63,790 bases of DNA, filler included, from Sandaracinaceae bacterium (GCA_947483975.1; 16 parts of 16 records of this genome joined end to end with filler, not necessarily neighbours in it), one strand, 5' to 3'. Shown: positions 21,730 to 34,346, numbered from the whole stretch's first letter. Notes: generated by a model from the letters alone, not told the origin. Numbers and translations are program-made.

Positions 21730-23552
21730 GGGTTGCGCACGTCTCCCCCGCGGCGGGGCGTCGCCGGAGTGCCGCCGCCGCCCGGGCGGGGGCCAGAGCC
21801 GCTGCCGCGCCGCGCGAGCGTGATGGGCACCTCGCCCTGTCCCGCGAAGATGACGACGCGCCGCGCGACGTGCCCGGGGGCCGTGATCTGGATCTCCCAG
21901 GAGTCGCCCGGGGGCACCGGGAGCGACACGCCGCAGTCGCCGAGGTCGACTCCGCCGCGAGCGAGTCGCGCGCCAGGCACGTCGCAGAGCAGGCGCACGC
22001 CCGTGCTCAGGGGCCCGCCCGGCTGACCCAGCAGCCCAGCACCCGGCAGCCCTGCACCCGGCAGCCCTGCACCCGGCAGCCCTGCGCCGGGCAAGCCTGC
22101 TCCGAGGGCCCCGGCGGGCCCCGGCCCGCGCGCGTCGACGGGCGGCGGTCCCGGCGTATGCTCGGGCGTCTCGGCGACGTCCGAGCGCGTGAGCGCGTAG
22201 TAGCCAGCCGCTCCCAGCGCGACGAGCGAGAGCGCGATGGCGACGCCGAGGAAGCTGGCGAGCCCGCTCTTGACCGGCGAGCCGCCCTCCCGCGGCAGCT
22301 GAAACACTGCCTGCGAGCCCGTGACCGACGCGCCGCTGCCCGACGCCTCATAGCGGTGCGCGCCGCTCGGCTGCGCATACACGCCGCTCGGCTGCGCATG
22401 CGCGCCGCTCGGCTGCGCATGCGCGCCGCTCGGCTGCGTCGGCGCGCTCGCGAGCGGCGCGGGCGCATCGCTCTCCGACGCGACGAGCACGCTGCCGGGT
22501 GAGGATGGCTGCTGCGGCGCCGCCATCCGCTCGAAGGACGCCTCAGGGCTCGGCGGCGCCGGCGTCGCGCGCGGCAGTGGGCGGTCCATCGTCGTCGCGG
22601 TCGAGCCAGTCGCGTACGCGAGCGGGTTGGCGCGGATCTCACGGGCGCACGCGGCGAGCTCGCGGTCGACCTCTTCCATCGTCGCGAAGCGCTTGCGCGG
22701 ATCCTTCGCGAGGCAGCGCATGACGAGCGCCTCGAGCCGCGCGGGCGCGGCATAGAGCGGATACATCTCGCGGAGCGGCGTCGGCGGCAGGCTCACATGC
22801 GCCGAGAAGATCTCGAACTTGCTCTCGCCGTCGAACGGCGGTCGCCCCGAGAGCGCGTGATAGAGCACCGCGCCGAGCGCGTAGATGTCGCTCTTCCCCG
22901 TCACCTCGCTGCCCGTCACCTGCTCGGGCGACATGTAGCGCGGCGTGCCCATCATCACGCCGCTCTGCGTGAGCTCGGTGCCGGGCTCCTCGTCGCCGAG
23001 CACCTTGACGAGCCCGAAGTCGAGCACCTTCACGAAGTCGGTGTCCGAGCCTCGGTGCGCGAGCAGCACGTTGGACGGCTTGAGGTCGCGGTGCACGACG
23101 CCGAGCGTGTGCGCCTCCCCGAGCGAGCCGCAGATCTGCCGACCGATGTGCACGACGCGGAGCGGATCGAGCGGCCCCTGCGCCTTGAAGGTCTGCGCGA
23201 GGGTGTTGCCCTCGACCAGCTCCATCGCGATGAAGTAGACGTCGTTCCCCGCGAGCCCGTAGTCGAAGACGACGATGGTGTTCGGGTGCGTGAGCTTCGC
23301 CGCCGTCGCCGCCTCGAGGAAGAAGCGCCGCTGAAAGTCCCCGCGCGAGGCGACGACGCCGCGCACATCGAGCACCTTGAGCGCGACCTGACGGCCGAGC
23401 GGGCGCTGAATCGCGCGGTACACGCGGCCCATGCCGCCGCGGGCGATCGCCGCGATCACCTCGAAGCGGTCGTTGAGCGTCTGCCCGATGAGCGCGTCTT
23501 CTTCGACGACGACGGCCTTCGCCGCCTTCGTGCGCGCCGTGTCGTCGGGCAT
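21720..23552 (-). CDS. Transmembrane Ser/Thr protein kinase
   Basis: ARGGMG, VALK, HRDLKPSN, DFG and GTPRYMSPEQ; TM helix; PEGA-like C-terminus ending DVRNPWN. Confidence 0.92.
   Translation of the reverse strand: MPDDTARTKAAKAVVVEEDALIGQTLNDRFEVIAAIARGGMGRVYRAIQRPLGRQVALKVLDVRGVVASRGDFQRRFFLEAATAAKLTHPNTIVVFDYGLAGNDVYFIAMELVEGNTLAQTFKAQGPLDPLRVVHIGRQICGSLGEAHTLGVVHRDLKPSNVLLAHRGSDTDFVKVLDFGLVKVLGDEEPGTELTQSGVMMGTPRYMSPEQVTGSEVTGKSDIYALGAVLYHALSGRPPFDGESKFEIFSAHVSLPPTPLREMYPLYAAPARLEALVMRCLAKDPRKRFATMEEVDRELAACAREIRANPLAYATGSTATTMDRPLPRATPAPPSPEASFERMAAPQQPSSPGSVLVASESDAPAPLASAPTQPSGAHAQPSGAHAQPSGVYAQPSGAHRYEASGSGASVTGSQAVFQLPREGGSPVKSGLASFLGVAIALSLVALGAAGYYALTRSDVAETPEHTPGPPPVDARGPGPAGALGAGLPGAGLPGAGLPGAGLPGAGLLGQPGGPLSTGVRLLCDVPGARLARGGVDLGDCGVSLPVPPGDSWEIQITAPGHVARRVVIFAGQGEVPITLARRGSGSGPRPGGGGTPATPRRGGDVRNPWN
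22030..22100 (-). repeat. In-frame 15-bp repeat encoding GLPGA (about 4 copies)
   Basis: gcacccggcagccct repeated on the + strand, inside the kinase gene. Confidence 0.85.
22358..22437 (-). repeat. In-frame 21-bp repeat encoding (A)QPSGAH (about 4 copies)
   Basis: cgccgctcggctgcgcat repeated on the + strand. Confidence 0.85.
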
Positions 23553-23722
23553 CAGCGCCAGGGTCACACCTCGGCGCAAACGGGTCAAGCGACGGGCGAC
23601 TGCCGCCCTCCGCCGCCGGTGTCCCAGGCGACAATCCGGCCGGAATCCGCCGGGATGGGCTGACGCACGAATGGCACCATTCGAGCTTGACGCGCGCGCC
23701 TGCGGGCCGGTTCAATGCGCCC

Positions 23723-24123
23723 ATGTTCACAGTCTTCATCACGGAGAAGGGCGGCGCGCAGCGCAGGCTCGAGTTCGACAAGTCCGAGATCACCATCGGG
23801 CGCGTCCAGGGCAACGACATCATCCTGCCAAAGGGGAATGTGTCGAAGCGCCACTCCCGCATCGTGCTGAAGGACGGGCGCTTCATCGTCGTCGACCTGA
23901 AGAGCACGAACGGCACCTACGTGAACGGCCGCAAGATCACGTCGCCCTTGGTCGTGAAGTCGAGCGACAAGGTCTACATCGGTGACTTCATCATCACCGT
24001 CGAGGACCCGAACGGCGCGGGGCTTGCCGAGGAGAACGACGTCGCAGAGGCGCCCGCGTCCGAGCCGCCGCCGGCACCGCCGCCTGTCGCCGCCGAGCGC
24101 CGCCCGCCCCCGCTGCGGCCGCA
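23723..24123 (+). CDS. FHA-domain protein, 3' truncated (resembles the N-terminus of myxobacterial FHA-CpaF/TadA ATPases)
   Basis: ITIGRVQGNDIIL, VSKRH and DLKSTNGTYVNG FHA motifs followed by a Pro-rich linker. Confidence 0.85.
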
Positions 24124-24223
24124 NNNNNNNNNNNNNNNNNNNNNNNNNNNNNNNNNNNNNNNNNNNNTTAATTAATTAANNNNNNNNNNNNNNNNNNNNN
24201 NNNNNNNNNNNNNNNNNNNNNNN

Positions 24224-25437
24224 CGCAGGTGCCGCCGGGCCTGGTCTCCCGCGACGTCGAGCGACTCGTCCGCGGCCCCCGCGCCGCGCCGGAAGTGCAG
24301 GGCGAGGACGCTCGGCGGATCGGGCGGCGGGCTCGGGCGGGCGCGCAGATCGGTCTTCCAGTCGGCCTCGAGCTGCGCGAACGACTTGCCGACCGCGGCG
24401 CCGAGCGCGACGCGCGCGTCGACCCCCGCCGCGACGCGCGAGATCGCGTCGCGCAATTTCCCCTCGCCGTAGCGCGACACGAACGACTCGATGAACGTCG
24501 CGACCTGCGCGAACGCGAGCGCGGCGTCCTCCTGCGAGGGCAGCAGCGCGATCGACGGATGCAGCCGGTCGAACGGCAGGAGGTGACCGTCGCGCACCGC
24601 GTTGAAGAGCAGCGCGGCCGCCGCAGGGTCGAGCGCTGCGCCGCGCGGAGGGCCGCCCCGCCAGCGGGCCTCGAGGTACTTCGCGACGCCCTCTTGCAGC
24701 CAGACCGGCGCATGATCCTTCGACGCCCGCGCGAGCACGAGGTGCACATATTCGTGCCCGATCGTGTCCATCCAGGGATAGCCGCGCACGAGCGCGCGCG
24801 GCGACGTGACCATCAGGCGATCCCACTTGCAGAGCGCCACCGTGCCCGTTCGCTCGATGTCCTCGACGGTGAGCGACGAGACCCTCGAGAGCGCGCGCGG
24901 CGTGGGATAGATCTCGAGCCGCACGGGCCCCGGCACGCGCACGCCGAGCGCGGCGGAGAGCCCAGCGTCTGCCCCCGCGAGCGCCTCGAGCGCGTACGGC
25001 ACCAGGACGGCATCGGGCCCCGGGGCGTAACGGACGACGAAGCGCCCGTCCGCCGAGCGCACCTCGACGAACGCCGCCGTCGCGTCCTTCGTCGACGCGA
25101 TGAGCGCGCGCAGATCCCGGCGCTGCGCGACGTCGGGCGCCCGCGGATCGAGCGCGAGCGCGCTGTCCATCGCTTGCAGAGACGTCGCGTACTCGCCGCG
25201 ATGAAAGCGCAGAATCCCCTGCTCGAACTGCACGTCGGCATCGTCCGCGTGACGCGCCGCGACGGGCCCTAGGAGGCGCCCCGCCTCCTCTAGCTGCAGC
25301 TCGGAGACGAGCTGCGAGGCGCGCATCAACGCGCGCCCATCTTCGCCGGGCGGCGTCGCGCGCGCGACCGACGCCGTCGCGCCGAGGCTCAGCAGCGTGA
25401 GCGTGCACGCGAGGCCGAAGGCGTGTCGCCGCGTCAT
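24224..25437 (-). CDS. TPR + peptidase MA-like domain protein, 3' truncated
   Basis: Signal peptide, TPR, HEYVH...PVWLQEGVA zincin/gluzincin motif. Confidence 0.8.
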
Positions 25438-28119
25438 CGCAGGAGCCCCTCGTAGTAGCGGCGCACGGCGTCTTCCCAGCCTGCCGGGGCGCGGTCGCGC
25501 ATCGCGTCGAGCACCTGACGCCGACGCGCCGCGGGGCCCGCGAATTCCTCGGCGCCGGGGATGTGCACGGGCTCGTGGAACGCGCGGCCGCTCTCGTCGC
25601 CGCCTCCTCCACCGTCGCTGCCGCTGCCCCCGCCGCCGCCCGACTGCTGTTCTCGCTCCATCTGCTCGCGCAGCTCCGCGAGCTTGCGCGCCGCCTCGTC
25701 CTGCGCGCGCGCGGCCTCGCGCGGGTCTCCGCGCCCGAGCGCTTGCTCCGCTTGCTCCATCTGTTGGGCGGCTTCGCGCACGGCTTGCTCGCCGTCGGGC
25801 GAGAGCGGGGTTCCGTCCGGCCCGTTCGCGAAGCGCTGCTCGAGCTGCCCCGCGGCATCGCGCACATGCCGCTGCCGCGGGGCGTCGCCGCGCATCGCCG
25901 CGCGATCGCCGTCGTCGACGAAGTCGCTCGCGCGGGGCGTCGCCTCGTCGATGTCGCGCGAGAGCTCGCCGAGGCCGCGCGTCGCGTCCCGCGCAGTCCG
26001 CGCCCGTTGACCGTTGTGCCCGTCGGTCCCGCCGAACATCTCGGCCTCGATCCCGAGCGAGCTCGCCAGGTCGTCGGCCTCGCGCTCGGCCTCCATCGCC
26101 ATGCGCGACGCCTCGCTGAGGTCCCCCGAGCGCAGCGCGTCCTCGACGTCTCGGGCCCGCTGCCGCGCGCGATCGAGCGTCTCTTGGCTCCCCGGATCGA
26201 GGCGACTCCGGTCGAGCCCGTCGAGCGCGCGACGGGTCGTCCCCGCCCGCTCCGCGAGGCGCCGCGTCGCTTCGCCCGCCTCGCCGCCCGCGCTCGTCGC
26301 CGCGCGCTCGGCTGCCCTGCGCCGCGTCTCGGACGAGCGCTGCGCGAGATCGCGCTGCTCTGCTTCCAGCCCGGCGACCGCGTCCATCGCCTCGGCCATC
26401 GCCTGCTCTCGCGGCCCGAAGCGCGACTCCGTGAAGCCGTCCTGCGCGCTCCCAAGCGCAGACGCCATCCGCTCGAGGTCGCGCGCGAGCGCGTCCAAAC
26501 GGCGCGTCGCCTCCTCGAGGTCGTTGCTCTCGAGCGCGTCGCGGAGCCCATCGAGCGAGCTCTGCGCCTCGTTCGCCGGCAGCGCGTCCTGATTGGCGAA
26601 GTCACTCGGCACATCGGTGCCCATCCGCGCGAGGCGCTCCGCCAGCTCGCGCATTCGCAGCTCTGCGCGCGCGACCTCGGCGAGCAGCGAGCGCCGCGTC
26701 TGCTCGTCGGGATTGCGCCGGAGCTCGGCGAGCAGCGAGGTCATGCGCTGCCGGATCTGCTCGAGCTCCCGCGTGATCGCCGCGGCGTCCTCGAGCCGCG
26801 CGCGCCCGAGCATATCTTCGAGCAGGAGCGTGTCCTTCTCGAGCTCCGCGACCAGCGCGGCCTCGTGCTCGGTGCGCTTCGTGAGCGCGGCGAGCCGCGT
26901 CGGATGGAGCCGGTCCTCCTCCGCGGCGCTGCGTCGGAGCCGGTCGGCCATCGCCTCGAGCGCGCTCGCGTCGCTCCGCCGGGCGCTCGCGTCTCCGCGC
27001 AGCCTGAACGCGACTTCCTCGACCGTGGAGGCCAGCATCGGCGTGCGCGGACCGAGCTCGGCGTAGCGCGCGCGCGCCGCGTCCTCGGCTTCCGGGAGCG
27101 GGCTCTCGAGCCGGTCGGCGAGCGTCGCCAGCGCGAGGTCGAGCGCGTCTTTCAGCCCAGCGACGTTCTCTGCGTGTCGCGTCGAGTCGCTCGCGACGGT
27201 CAGCGTGCGCTCGGCGGAGCGCCCAACATTCGGGCCCGAGACGACGTCACCGTCGCGCGCGTCCACGCGCAGCACGATGCGGTCACCCGGCTGCGCGCCG
27301 AGCGCGGAGGCGACGATGGTCGCGGTGCCCGACGCGCCCAGGCGTCGCTCGTCCGTCGCGAAGGTGTCGAGCCGCCGGCGCACCTCTCGACCGTCGGCCG
27401 TCTTCAAGATCAGCTCGACCTCCGACAGCGCCACATCGTCCTTGGCCGACCAGAATATCGGAATTTCCGCGTCAGCCTCGATCGCGCGATCCTCGCTCGG
27501 CTCCGTGATCGCCACGCGCGGAGGCTCGTCGCGGACCGCACGGAGCGTGCGCACCCGCGGGTCTCGCAGCCAGCGCTGCCCGTCCTGCACGCGGAGCACG
27601 AGCGTGCCGCCCTCGCGCACGACGAAGCGCCCAGTGAGCCCGCCTCCGGTCGCCCGGGCGAGGCGCGCGGGCCTCCCAGCGACCTCGACCGTGCCGCTCG
27701 TCGCGTGCACGCGCGGCCAGACCGTAAGCTCGACGGTGGTGCCTACCGGCACCGTCAAGTCGGTCACGTCGTGGACTGACGTCGAGGCGACGCCGAGATA
27801 CGCGGGATAGATGAGCCGCGCGTCGCACGACGCTACGATCGCGGCGAGCGCCGTGCCCTCCCGATCGCTGCTCGCGGGGTGCGACAGCGCCCAAGCGCCC
27901 GCGAGCGTCTGCGGGTCGGCGTAGGCCAACGCGCCGCAGAGGAGCGTGGCGAGCACCGCGGCACCGAGAGGGCGAGAGAGGAGGGCGCGCCAAGGCAGCA
28001 CGCTCGCTGGCGTGACCTCCGCCAGCGACTCCCTCACGCGGGCCGCGTGCGCCGCGACCAACCCCGGCGCGCGGGCCACGGTGTCGGCGTCGTCCGCGAA
28101 CTCCACCGCCGAGCGCGCG
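25434..28119 (-). CDS. DUF4175-like large coiled-coil membrane protein, 5' truncated
   Basis: YPAY, DEPPRV, AKDDVAL and ARDGD motifs; long coiled coils; C-terminal VRRYYEGLLR; ATGA overlap with the peptidase gene. Confidence 0.7.
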
Positions 28120-28219
28120 NNNNNNNNNNNNNNNNNNNNNNNNNNNNNNNNNNNNNNNNNNNNTTAATTAATTAANNNNNNNNNNNNNNNNNNNNNNNNN
28201 NNNNNNNNNNNNNNNNNNN

Positions 28220-28823
28220 GCCGACGCTGCCCACGCTCGCGCCTACGCCCGTCGTCGCGCCGCCGCCCCAGCCCGTCGCGGCGCCGCAACCCGCGCCGCC
28301 TCCGGAGCCCATTCCCGGCACGCTCGAGCTGACCGCGAGCGAGCCTTGCTCAGCGTGGGTCGATGGGCGCGCCGTCGGCGGCACGCCGCTGCGCACGCCG
28401 CTCCTGCCGGGCGAGCACATCGTGCGCGTTCGACACGCGCCCACCGGCTTCGAGGAGACGCTCGAGGTGCAGATCCTCGCCGGGCAGACCAGCAGTCGTC
28501 GCACGAACGTGCCCGTGCCAGCGCCCGCTCCTCCCGTCGTCGCAGCGGTCGCGCCCGCGCCCGTCGCGCCCACGCCGCCGTCGCCGCCGCGCGCCTACCG
28601 CGTCAGCGGGCAGATGGATCACCGCGCCGGCTTCACGTTCGAGGAGGCCACGCGGGGCGCGGTCGGCGCGCGCTGCCGCGACTGGAAGGACGCCAACATC
28701 GCCATCGCCGGCTTCGTCGACAGCGTCATCATCGACGGACGCGAGCGCGCCCCGGGGAGCGGCTTTCTCAACACGAACCAAGCCTGCGACCTCGTCGCCA
28801 GGCAGGCGGAGCCGGTGCCCTGA
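28220..28823 (+). CDS. C-terminal part of a Pro-rich PEGA-domain protein
   Basis: Frame open from the contig edge; AWVDGRAVGGTP...LPGEHIVRV PEGA motif. Confidence 0.65.
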
Positions 28824-28923
28824 GCCCTCCTCGCCGTGGGGCGCGGCGTCCCGGCGAACACCGAGGCTGGACGTCCGCGCCTCGACTGCGTGCGGCGCCC
28901 TGCCCGCACGCAGTCGTCCCTCG

Positions 28924-31900
28924 CTACGAAGTCTCGCGCAGCAGCGCGACGAGCTCGTCCACCTCGAGCGCCGCGCCGACGTGCGTCCCCTCGAGGATGC
29001 CCGCGGCGAGCGCGCGCTTCCTGCCGTGCATCGCGAGCACGCGCTGCTCGATCGTGCCCTGCGACACGAGCCGCACGGCGGTCACCGGACGCGTCTGCCC
29101 GATGCGGTGCGCGCGGTCGGTCGCCTGGTCTTCGACCGCGGGGTTCCACCAGGGGTCGAGGTGCACGACCCAGTCGGCGGCGGTGAGGTTGAGGCCCGTA
29201 CCGCCCGCTTTTCTCGAGATCAGGAAGACGAGCTGCTTGCCGCTCTGCCACTCCGAGACGAGCCGCGCGCGCTCCTTCGCGGGGGTCGCGCCGTCGAGGC
29301 GCAGCGACTCGATCGAGTGCTCGGCGAGCGCCATCCCGACGCGGTCGAGGTACGAGGTGAACTCGCTGAACACGAGCGCGCGCCCGCCGCTGCCCCTGAC
29401 GTCCTCGAGCACCTCGAGCAGCGCCGCGGTCTTCGACGAGATGCCCGTCTCACGCCGCAGGACGAGCGCCGGATCGCACGCGAGCAAGCGCAAGCGCGTG
29501 ATCGCCGCGAGCACCGCGAAGCGCGCGCGCCCCTCGAAAGCGCCTGATTTTGCGAGCGCGGCGAGCGCGTTCATGCGCTCGGCCTCGTAGACCTTGCGCT
29601 CGTCCTCCGCGAGCTCGACGGGACGCACGATCTCGGTGCGCGCCGGGAGCTCCGGCGCGACCTGATCCTTGCGCCGACGCAGCAAGAACGGCGAGACGAG
29701 GCGCGAGAGCCCGACGCGGCGGCGCTCGTCGGCGTAGCGCTCGATCGGCAGCGCGAAGCGCGTGCGGAACTGCTCCGGCGTGCCGAGCAGCCCCGGCGCG
29801 ATGACGTCGAAGAGGCTCCAGAGCTCGCCGAGGCGGTTCTCGATCGGCGTGCCCGTGAGCGCGAGCCGGAAGCGCGCGGTGATCGAGCGCACGGCCATCG
29901 CGCGCTGCGTGCCCGAGTTCTTGATCGCCTGCGCCTCGTCGATGATCAGCGTCGAGAACGCCACCGTCTCGAGCAGCTCGCGGTCGAGCGTCGCGATGTC
30001 GTAGCTCGCGACGAGCACGTCTCCCGGCGCGAGGGTCGAGAGCCGGGCAGCGCGGTCGGCGCCGCGGTACGTCGCGACGCGCAGGGAGGGTGCGAACTTC
30101 GCAGCCTCCTCGACCCAGTTGTCGCCGATGCTCGTCGGCGCGATGACGAGCGCGGGCCCATCCGCGGCGCGATGCAGCAGGAGCGCGAGCGCCTGCAGCG
30201 TCTTGCCGAGCCCCATATCGTCGGCGAGGCACGCGCCGGGCGCCCAAGCGGCCAAACGCGCGAGCCACGCGAAGCCCTCGCGCTGGTAGCTGCGCAGGTC
30301 GCCGACGAAGCTCGCCGGAACCTCCTCGTCGGGCGCGTCGACCGCCGCGCGGAAGCGCTCGCGGAGCGCGCCGAACGCCGCGTCCGCTGTGATCGCTTGC
30401 ACTCCGCCCGCCGCCGCGACGAGCGCCTCCGCCGCGAGCGCCGCGGCCCGCACCTGCTTGCCGCTGACCGCGGCGAGGTCGCTGACCGCCTCGAGGCGAG
30501 CGCGAAGCTCGTCCTCGAGCAGCACGAATTCCTCGGCCGAGACGCGCACGTAGCGGCGCCCATCGCGCACCGCCGCGAGCAGCTCGGCGAGCGCGATGAC
30601 GCGCCCATCGACGCTGACGCCGCCCTCGAGATCGAGCCACTCCGCCGCGCTCGAGACGGAGATCGACAAGGTCGCAACGCCCGCGCGCCCGCCGAACGCG
30701 CGCTTCTCCCCGCGCAGCCACTCGACGTCGAGCGACTCGGCGAGATCCGCCGCGCGACGCACGACGTCGATCTGCACGTCGGGGTCCGCGATGCGCCACA
30801 CGAACACGTCGACGACGTCGGTCGCGGGCAGCCCGAGCGACGCGCCCGTGCGCTCGGCGTGCGCGTGCTCCGCCTCGAGCGAGCGCTCTGCGAAGACGCG
30901 CCCGTTCCCGCCGATGCCGCGCGCGACAGCGTCGCCGGCGCCGGGCAAGAGCGCAGCGCCGTCTCCGAGCGGATCGACGAGGAGCCGCACCTCGAGCACC
31001 TCGGCGTCGAGCGCGAGGCGCAGCGTGAGGCGCTCGCGCGACACCCGCTGCTCGCCGCGCAGCGAAGCGGGCAGCGCGATCGAGACCTCGCGAGGCATCG
31101 CCGCGAGCGCCGCGTCGAGGCGCGGCACCGCGTCGCGCGGGACCATCGTCGACCCGAGATGCGCGAGCGCGCCGAGCAGCTCGAGCAAGACGGGCGAGGC
31201 GTGCGCGATCATCAGCTCGTGCCGCGCGGCGAGGTGCACGACGAGGTGCGTCCCCGAGACGACGCAGCCCGAGAGCGCCTTCGCGTCGAGCACGGCCCCA
31301 CCGACGCGGAAGCCCACCTCGGCGCCGCCCGCGACGTCCGTGACGAGCAGCTCGAGCGGCACGCGGCGCACGAAGAGCGGCGTCTCGCTCGCATCCTCGA
31401 CGACGCGCGGGTGCCCGACGAGCGGCTCGAGGCGCTTGGCGCTCGTGCGGTAGCTGAGCGTCTCCGCGTCGATCAGCGAGTCGCCGCCCGCGAGCCCCGA
31501 GACGAACGCCGTGTCGGCCGCGTCGAGCTCGACCAGCCGCTCGAGATCGCGCAGCCGCTCGACGCGCGCGCCGCGCGACCACTTGTCGTGCGCCTTGCGA
31601 CGCTGCGCGTGCGTACGAAAGCCCGTGACGCGCAGCCCCTCGGTGACGACGCGAAACGCGAGGCGATTGCCCGGTCGATGGGCGCCGAGCGAGGCGCGCG
31701 ACGCGACGCCGTCGAGCGCGTGCAGGAGCCGCTCCCAGGCGGGCGAGCGCAACGCCTGCACCACCCGCGTGTGAAAGAAGTGCGCGCGGTCGTGGAGCAC
31801 GTCGAGCGCGGCGGCCGTCAGCACCGCCTCAGCGCGAACCGCCGACGGAACGCTCGGCGCCGAGAGGTCGAACAGGAGCACGTCGCCGAGCACGAACACC

Positions 31901-32107
31901 GGCTCGTTCACGCCGTCCGTCCCGCCGAGCGAGAGCGTCGCGATCGTGCGCCCCTCTGCGCCGGGCTCGACGAGCATCAGCGCAGGCGTCGCGTCGTCGA
32001 GCGTGATCTCGAGCGTGGCGCGCTCGGGCGAGGCGCGGAGCCCCTCCCGCGGCAGCTGCGCGGCGCGCGTGCGGAGCAAGTGCGCGACCCGCGCGACGCT
32101 CGCCGGC
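28924..32107 (-). CDS. SNF2-family helicase/ATPase, 5' truncated
   Basis: LRSYQREG, LADDMGLGKT, DEAQAIKN, LTGTPIEN, GGTGLNLTAAD and WWNPAVEDQATDRAHRIGQ. Confidence 0.95.
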
Positions 32108-32207
32108 NNNNNNNNNNNNNNNNNNNNNNNNNNNNNNNNNNNNNNNNNNNNTTAATTAATTAANNNNNNNNNNNNNNNNNNNNNNNNNNNNNNNNNNNNN
32201 NNNNNNN

Positions 32208-33284
32208 GCTGAGGTAGTCACCGTTGAGGTTGAGCGTCGCGATGACCTCGAAGTCCGCCGGGCGCGTGAGCACCTGCTGGAGCGTGATGTCGGCGATGCT
32301 GTCCTTGATGCGGAGCTTCGTCTTCCACTGACCCGCGCCGTGGGTCGGCAGGAGCTTGAGGGCCTCGGTGATCTCGGCGTGCAGCTCTTCCTTGGCCTTC
32401 GGCGGCAGCATGTCGTAGCCGGGCTCGACCTGACGCGCGTTGCCCTCGACCGTGAGGCTCGGATCCGACTCTTGGTTGCCGAAGATCCACGTCTCGCGCT
32501 CGGTGACGACTTCATTGCGGAACGCGCTCACCGCGAGGTCGTAGCCCCAGGTGCGGAACGCGCCTTCCGTGTACTTCATGATGTTGCCCTTGTGGACCAG
32601 CGTGACGCTCTTGCGGCCGCTCTTGAGGGCGTACTCGATCGCTGCCTTCACGAGGCGCTGCGTGCCGTCCTTCGAGACCGACTTCAGGCCGAGGCCGGTC
32701 GACTCGGGGAAGCGGATCTTCGCGTAGTCCTTCGGGAAGTTCTCCTTCACGAACGCGACGACCTTCTTCACGGCGTCGGAGCCCGCCTCCCACTCGATGC
32801 CGGCGTAGATGTCTTCCGTGTTCTCACGGAAGATGACCATGTCGACCTTCTCCGGCGTCTTGACCGGCGAGGGGACGCCCTGGAACCAGCGCACGGGGCG
32901 CAGGCAGACGTAGAGATCGAGCATCTGGCGGAGCGCGACGTTGAGCGAGCGGATGCCGCCGCCGATCGGGGTCGTCAGCGGGCCCTTGATGCCGACGAGG
33001 TACTTGCGGAAGCCCTCGACGGTCTCGTCGGGGAGCCAGGTCTTGTACTCGAGGAACGCCTTCTCGCCGGCGTAGACCTCCCACCAGTGGAGCTTGCGCT
33101 CCCCGCGATAGGCCTTCTGCACGGCGGCATCGAGCACGCGCACGGACGCGCGCCAGATGTCACGGCCCGTCCCGTCACCCTCGATGAACGGGATGATGGG
33201 GTCGGCGGGGACGGTGAGCTTCCCGTCGGGGCTCATCGTGATGGGCGAACCTGATGTCGGGCCTGCGAAGAGCGGCTGAGCCAT
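32208..33284 (-). CDS. icd: NADP-dependent isocitrate dehydrogenase, 3' truncated
   Basis: [49 protein letters not shown] and NLNGDYLS. Confidence 0.97.
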
Positions 33285-33436
33285 GAGCGAGCCTCCAAGA
33301 GCGGGCGCGCGCGTGTCCGGAAGTCGGGCCAGGGCGCCGTCGGCGGGCCGGATATAGCACGCCTGGCGCAGAGGCAACCGCGCGGCTTCACTCTTTTTTT
33401 GGGGTTGCGCAGCATCAAATGCGACGCTCGGAGCAG

Positions 33437-34330
33437 ATGAACGGGGAGCTCGACCTGCTCGTGGACGAGTACCTCGCCGTGCTGAAGGTCGAGCGCGGGC
33501 TCGGCCCGGCGACGATCGAGGCGTACGCGCGGGACCTCGCGCGCTTCGTCCGCTACTGCGCGGGCTCCGAGCGCGACGTGCGCGACCTCGACAGCGGCGA
33601 GGTCTCGGGCTTCCTCGTGTCGCTCGCGGAGGCGGGCATCGGCGCGCGCTCGCAGGCGCGGTTCCTGTCGTCCTTGCGGGGCTTCTTCAAGCACTGCGTC
33701 GAGGAGCGGCACCTGCTGCGCAGCCCAGCCGAGCTGATCGAGTCGCCCAAGCTCGGCCGAAAGCTACCGAACGTGCTCTCGCGCGACGAGGTGCTGCGCC
33801 TCCTCGAGAAGCCCGAGCGCGCGACGCCGCGCGGGGTCCGCGACGCCGCGATGCTCCACACGATGTACGCGTGCGGGCTGCGCGTCTCGGAGCTCGTCGG
33901 GCTCACGCTCGGCGACGTCAACCTCGAGGCGGGCTTCGTGCAGGCGTTCGGCAAAGGGCGCAAGCGCCGCCTCGTGCCGCTCGGCGCCGTCGCGCGCGAG
34001 CGCATCACCGACTACCTGACGCGGCAGCGCGGGCTCTGGGCGGCGCCGGGCGAGGCCGCGCTGTTCGTGACGGAGCGCGGCGGCCCGATGACCCGGCAGG
34101 GCTTCTGGAAGCTCGTCGCTCGCTACGCGCGGGCGGCCGGGATCATGCAACCGATCTCGCCGCACAAGCTGCGGCACTCGTTCGCGACCCACCTGCTCCG
34201 CGGGGGCGCGGACCTGCGCGCCGTGCAGACGATGCTCGGGCACGCCGACATCGCGACGACGCAGATCTACACGCACGTCGTCGGCGATCACCTCCAGGCG
34301 ATGCACGCGCGCCACCACCCGCGCGGCTGA
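33437..34330 (+). CDS. xerD: Site-specific tyrosine recombinase XerD
   Basis: N-terminal SAM-like domain, [37 protein letters not shown] and [15 protein letters not shown]. Confidence 0.93.
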   Translation: MNGELDLLVDEYLAVLKVERGLGPATIEAYARDLARFVRYCAGSERDVRDLDSGEVSGFLVSLAEAGIGARSQARFLSSLRGFFKHCVEERHLLRSPAELIESPKLGRKLPNVLSRDEVLRLLEKPERATPRGVRDAAMLHTMYACGLRVSELVGLTLGDVNLEAGFVQAFGKGRKRRLVPLGAVARERITDYLTRQRGLWAAPGEAALFVTERGGPMTRQGFWKLVARYARAAGIMQPISPHKLRHSFATHLLRGGADLRAVQTMLGHADIATTQIYTHVVGDHLQAMHARHHPRG

Positions 34331-34346
34331 GCGGCGCGCTCTCGGC

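Noticed and set aside
28924..32107. SNF2 helicase as part of a defence system
   Set aside because: Generic SWIM/SNF2-type architecture common in myxobacteria, with no defence partners on this contig.
33437..34330. Tyrosine recombinase as a prophage or island integrase next to icd
   Set aside because: It has chromosomal XerD motifs and host-like codon usage, with no phage genes or att repeats nearby.
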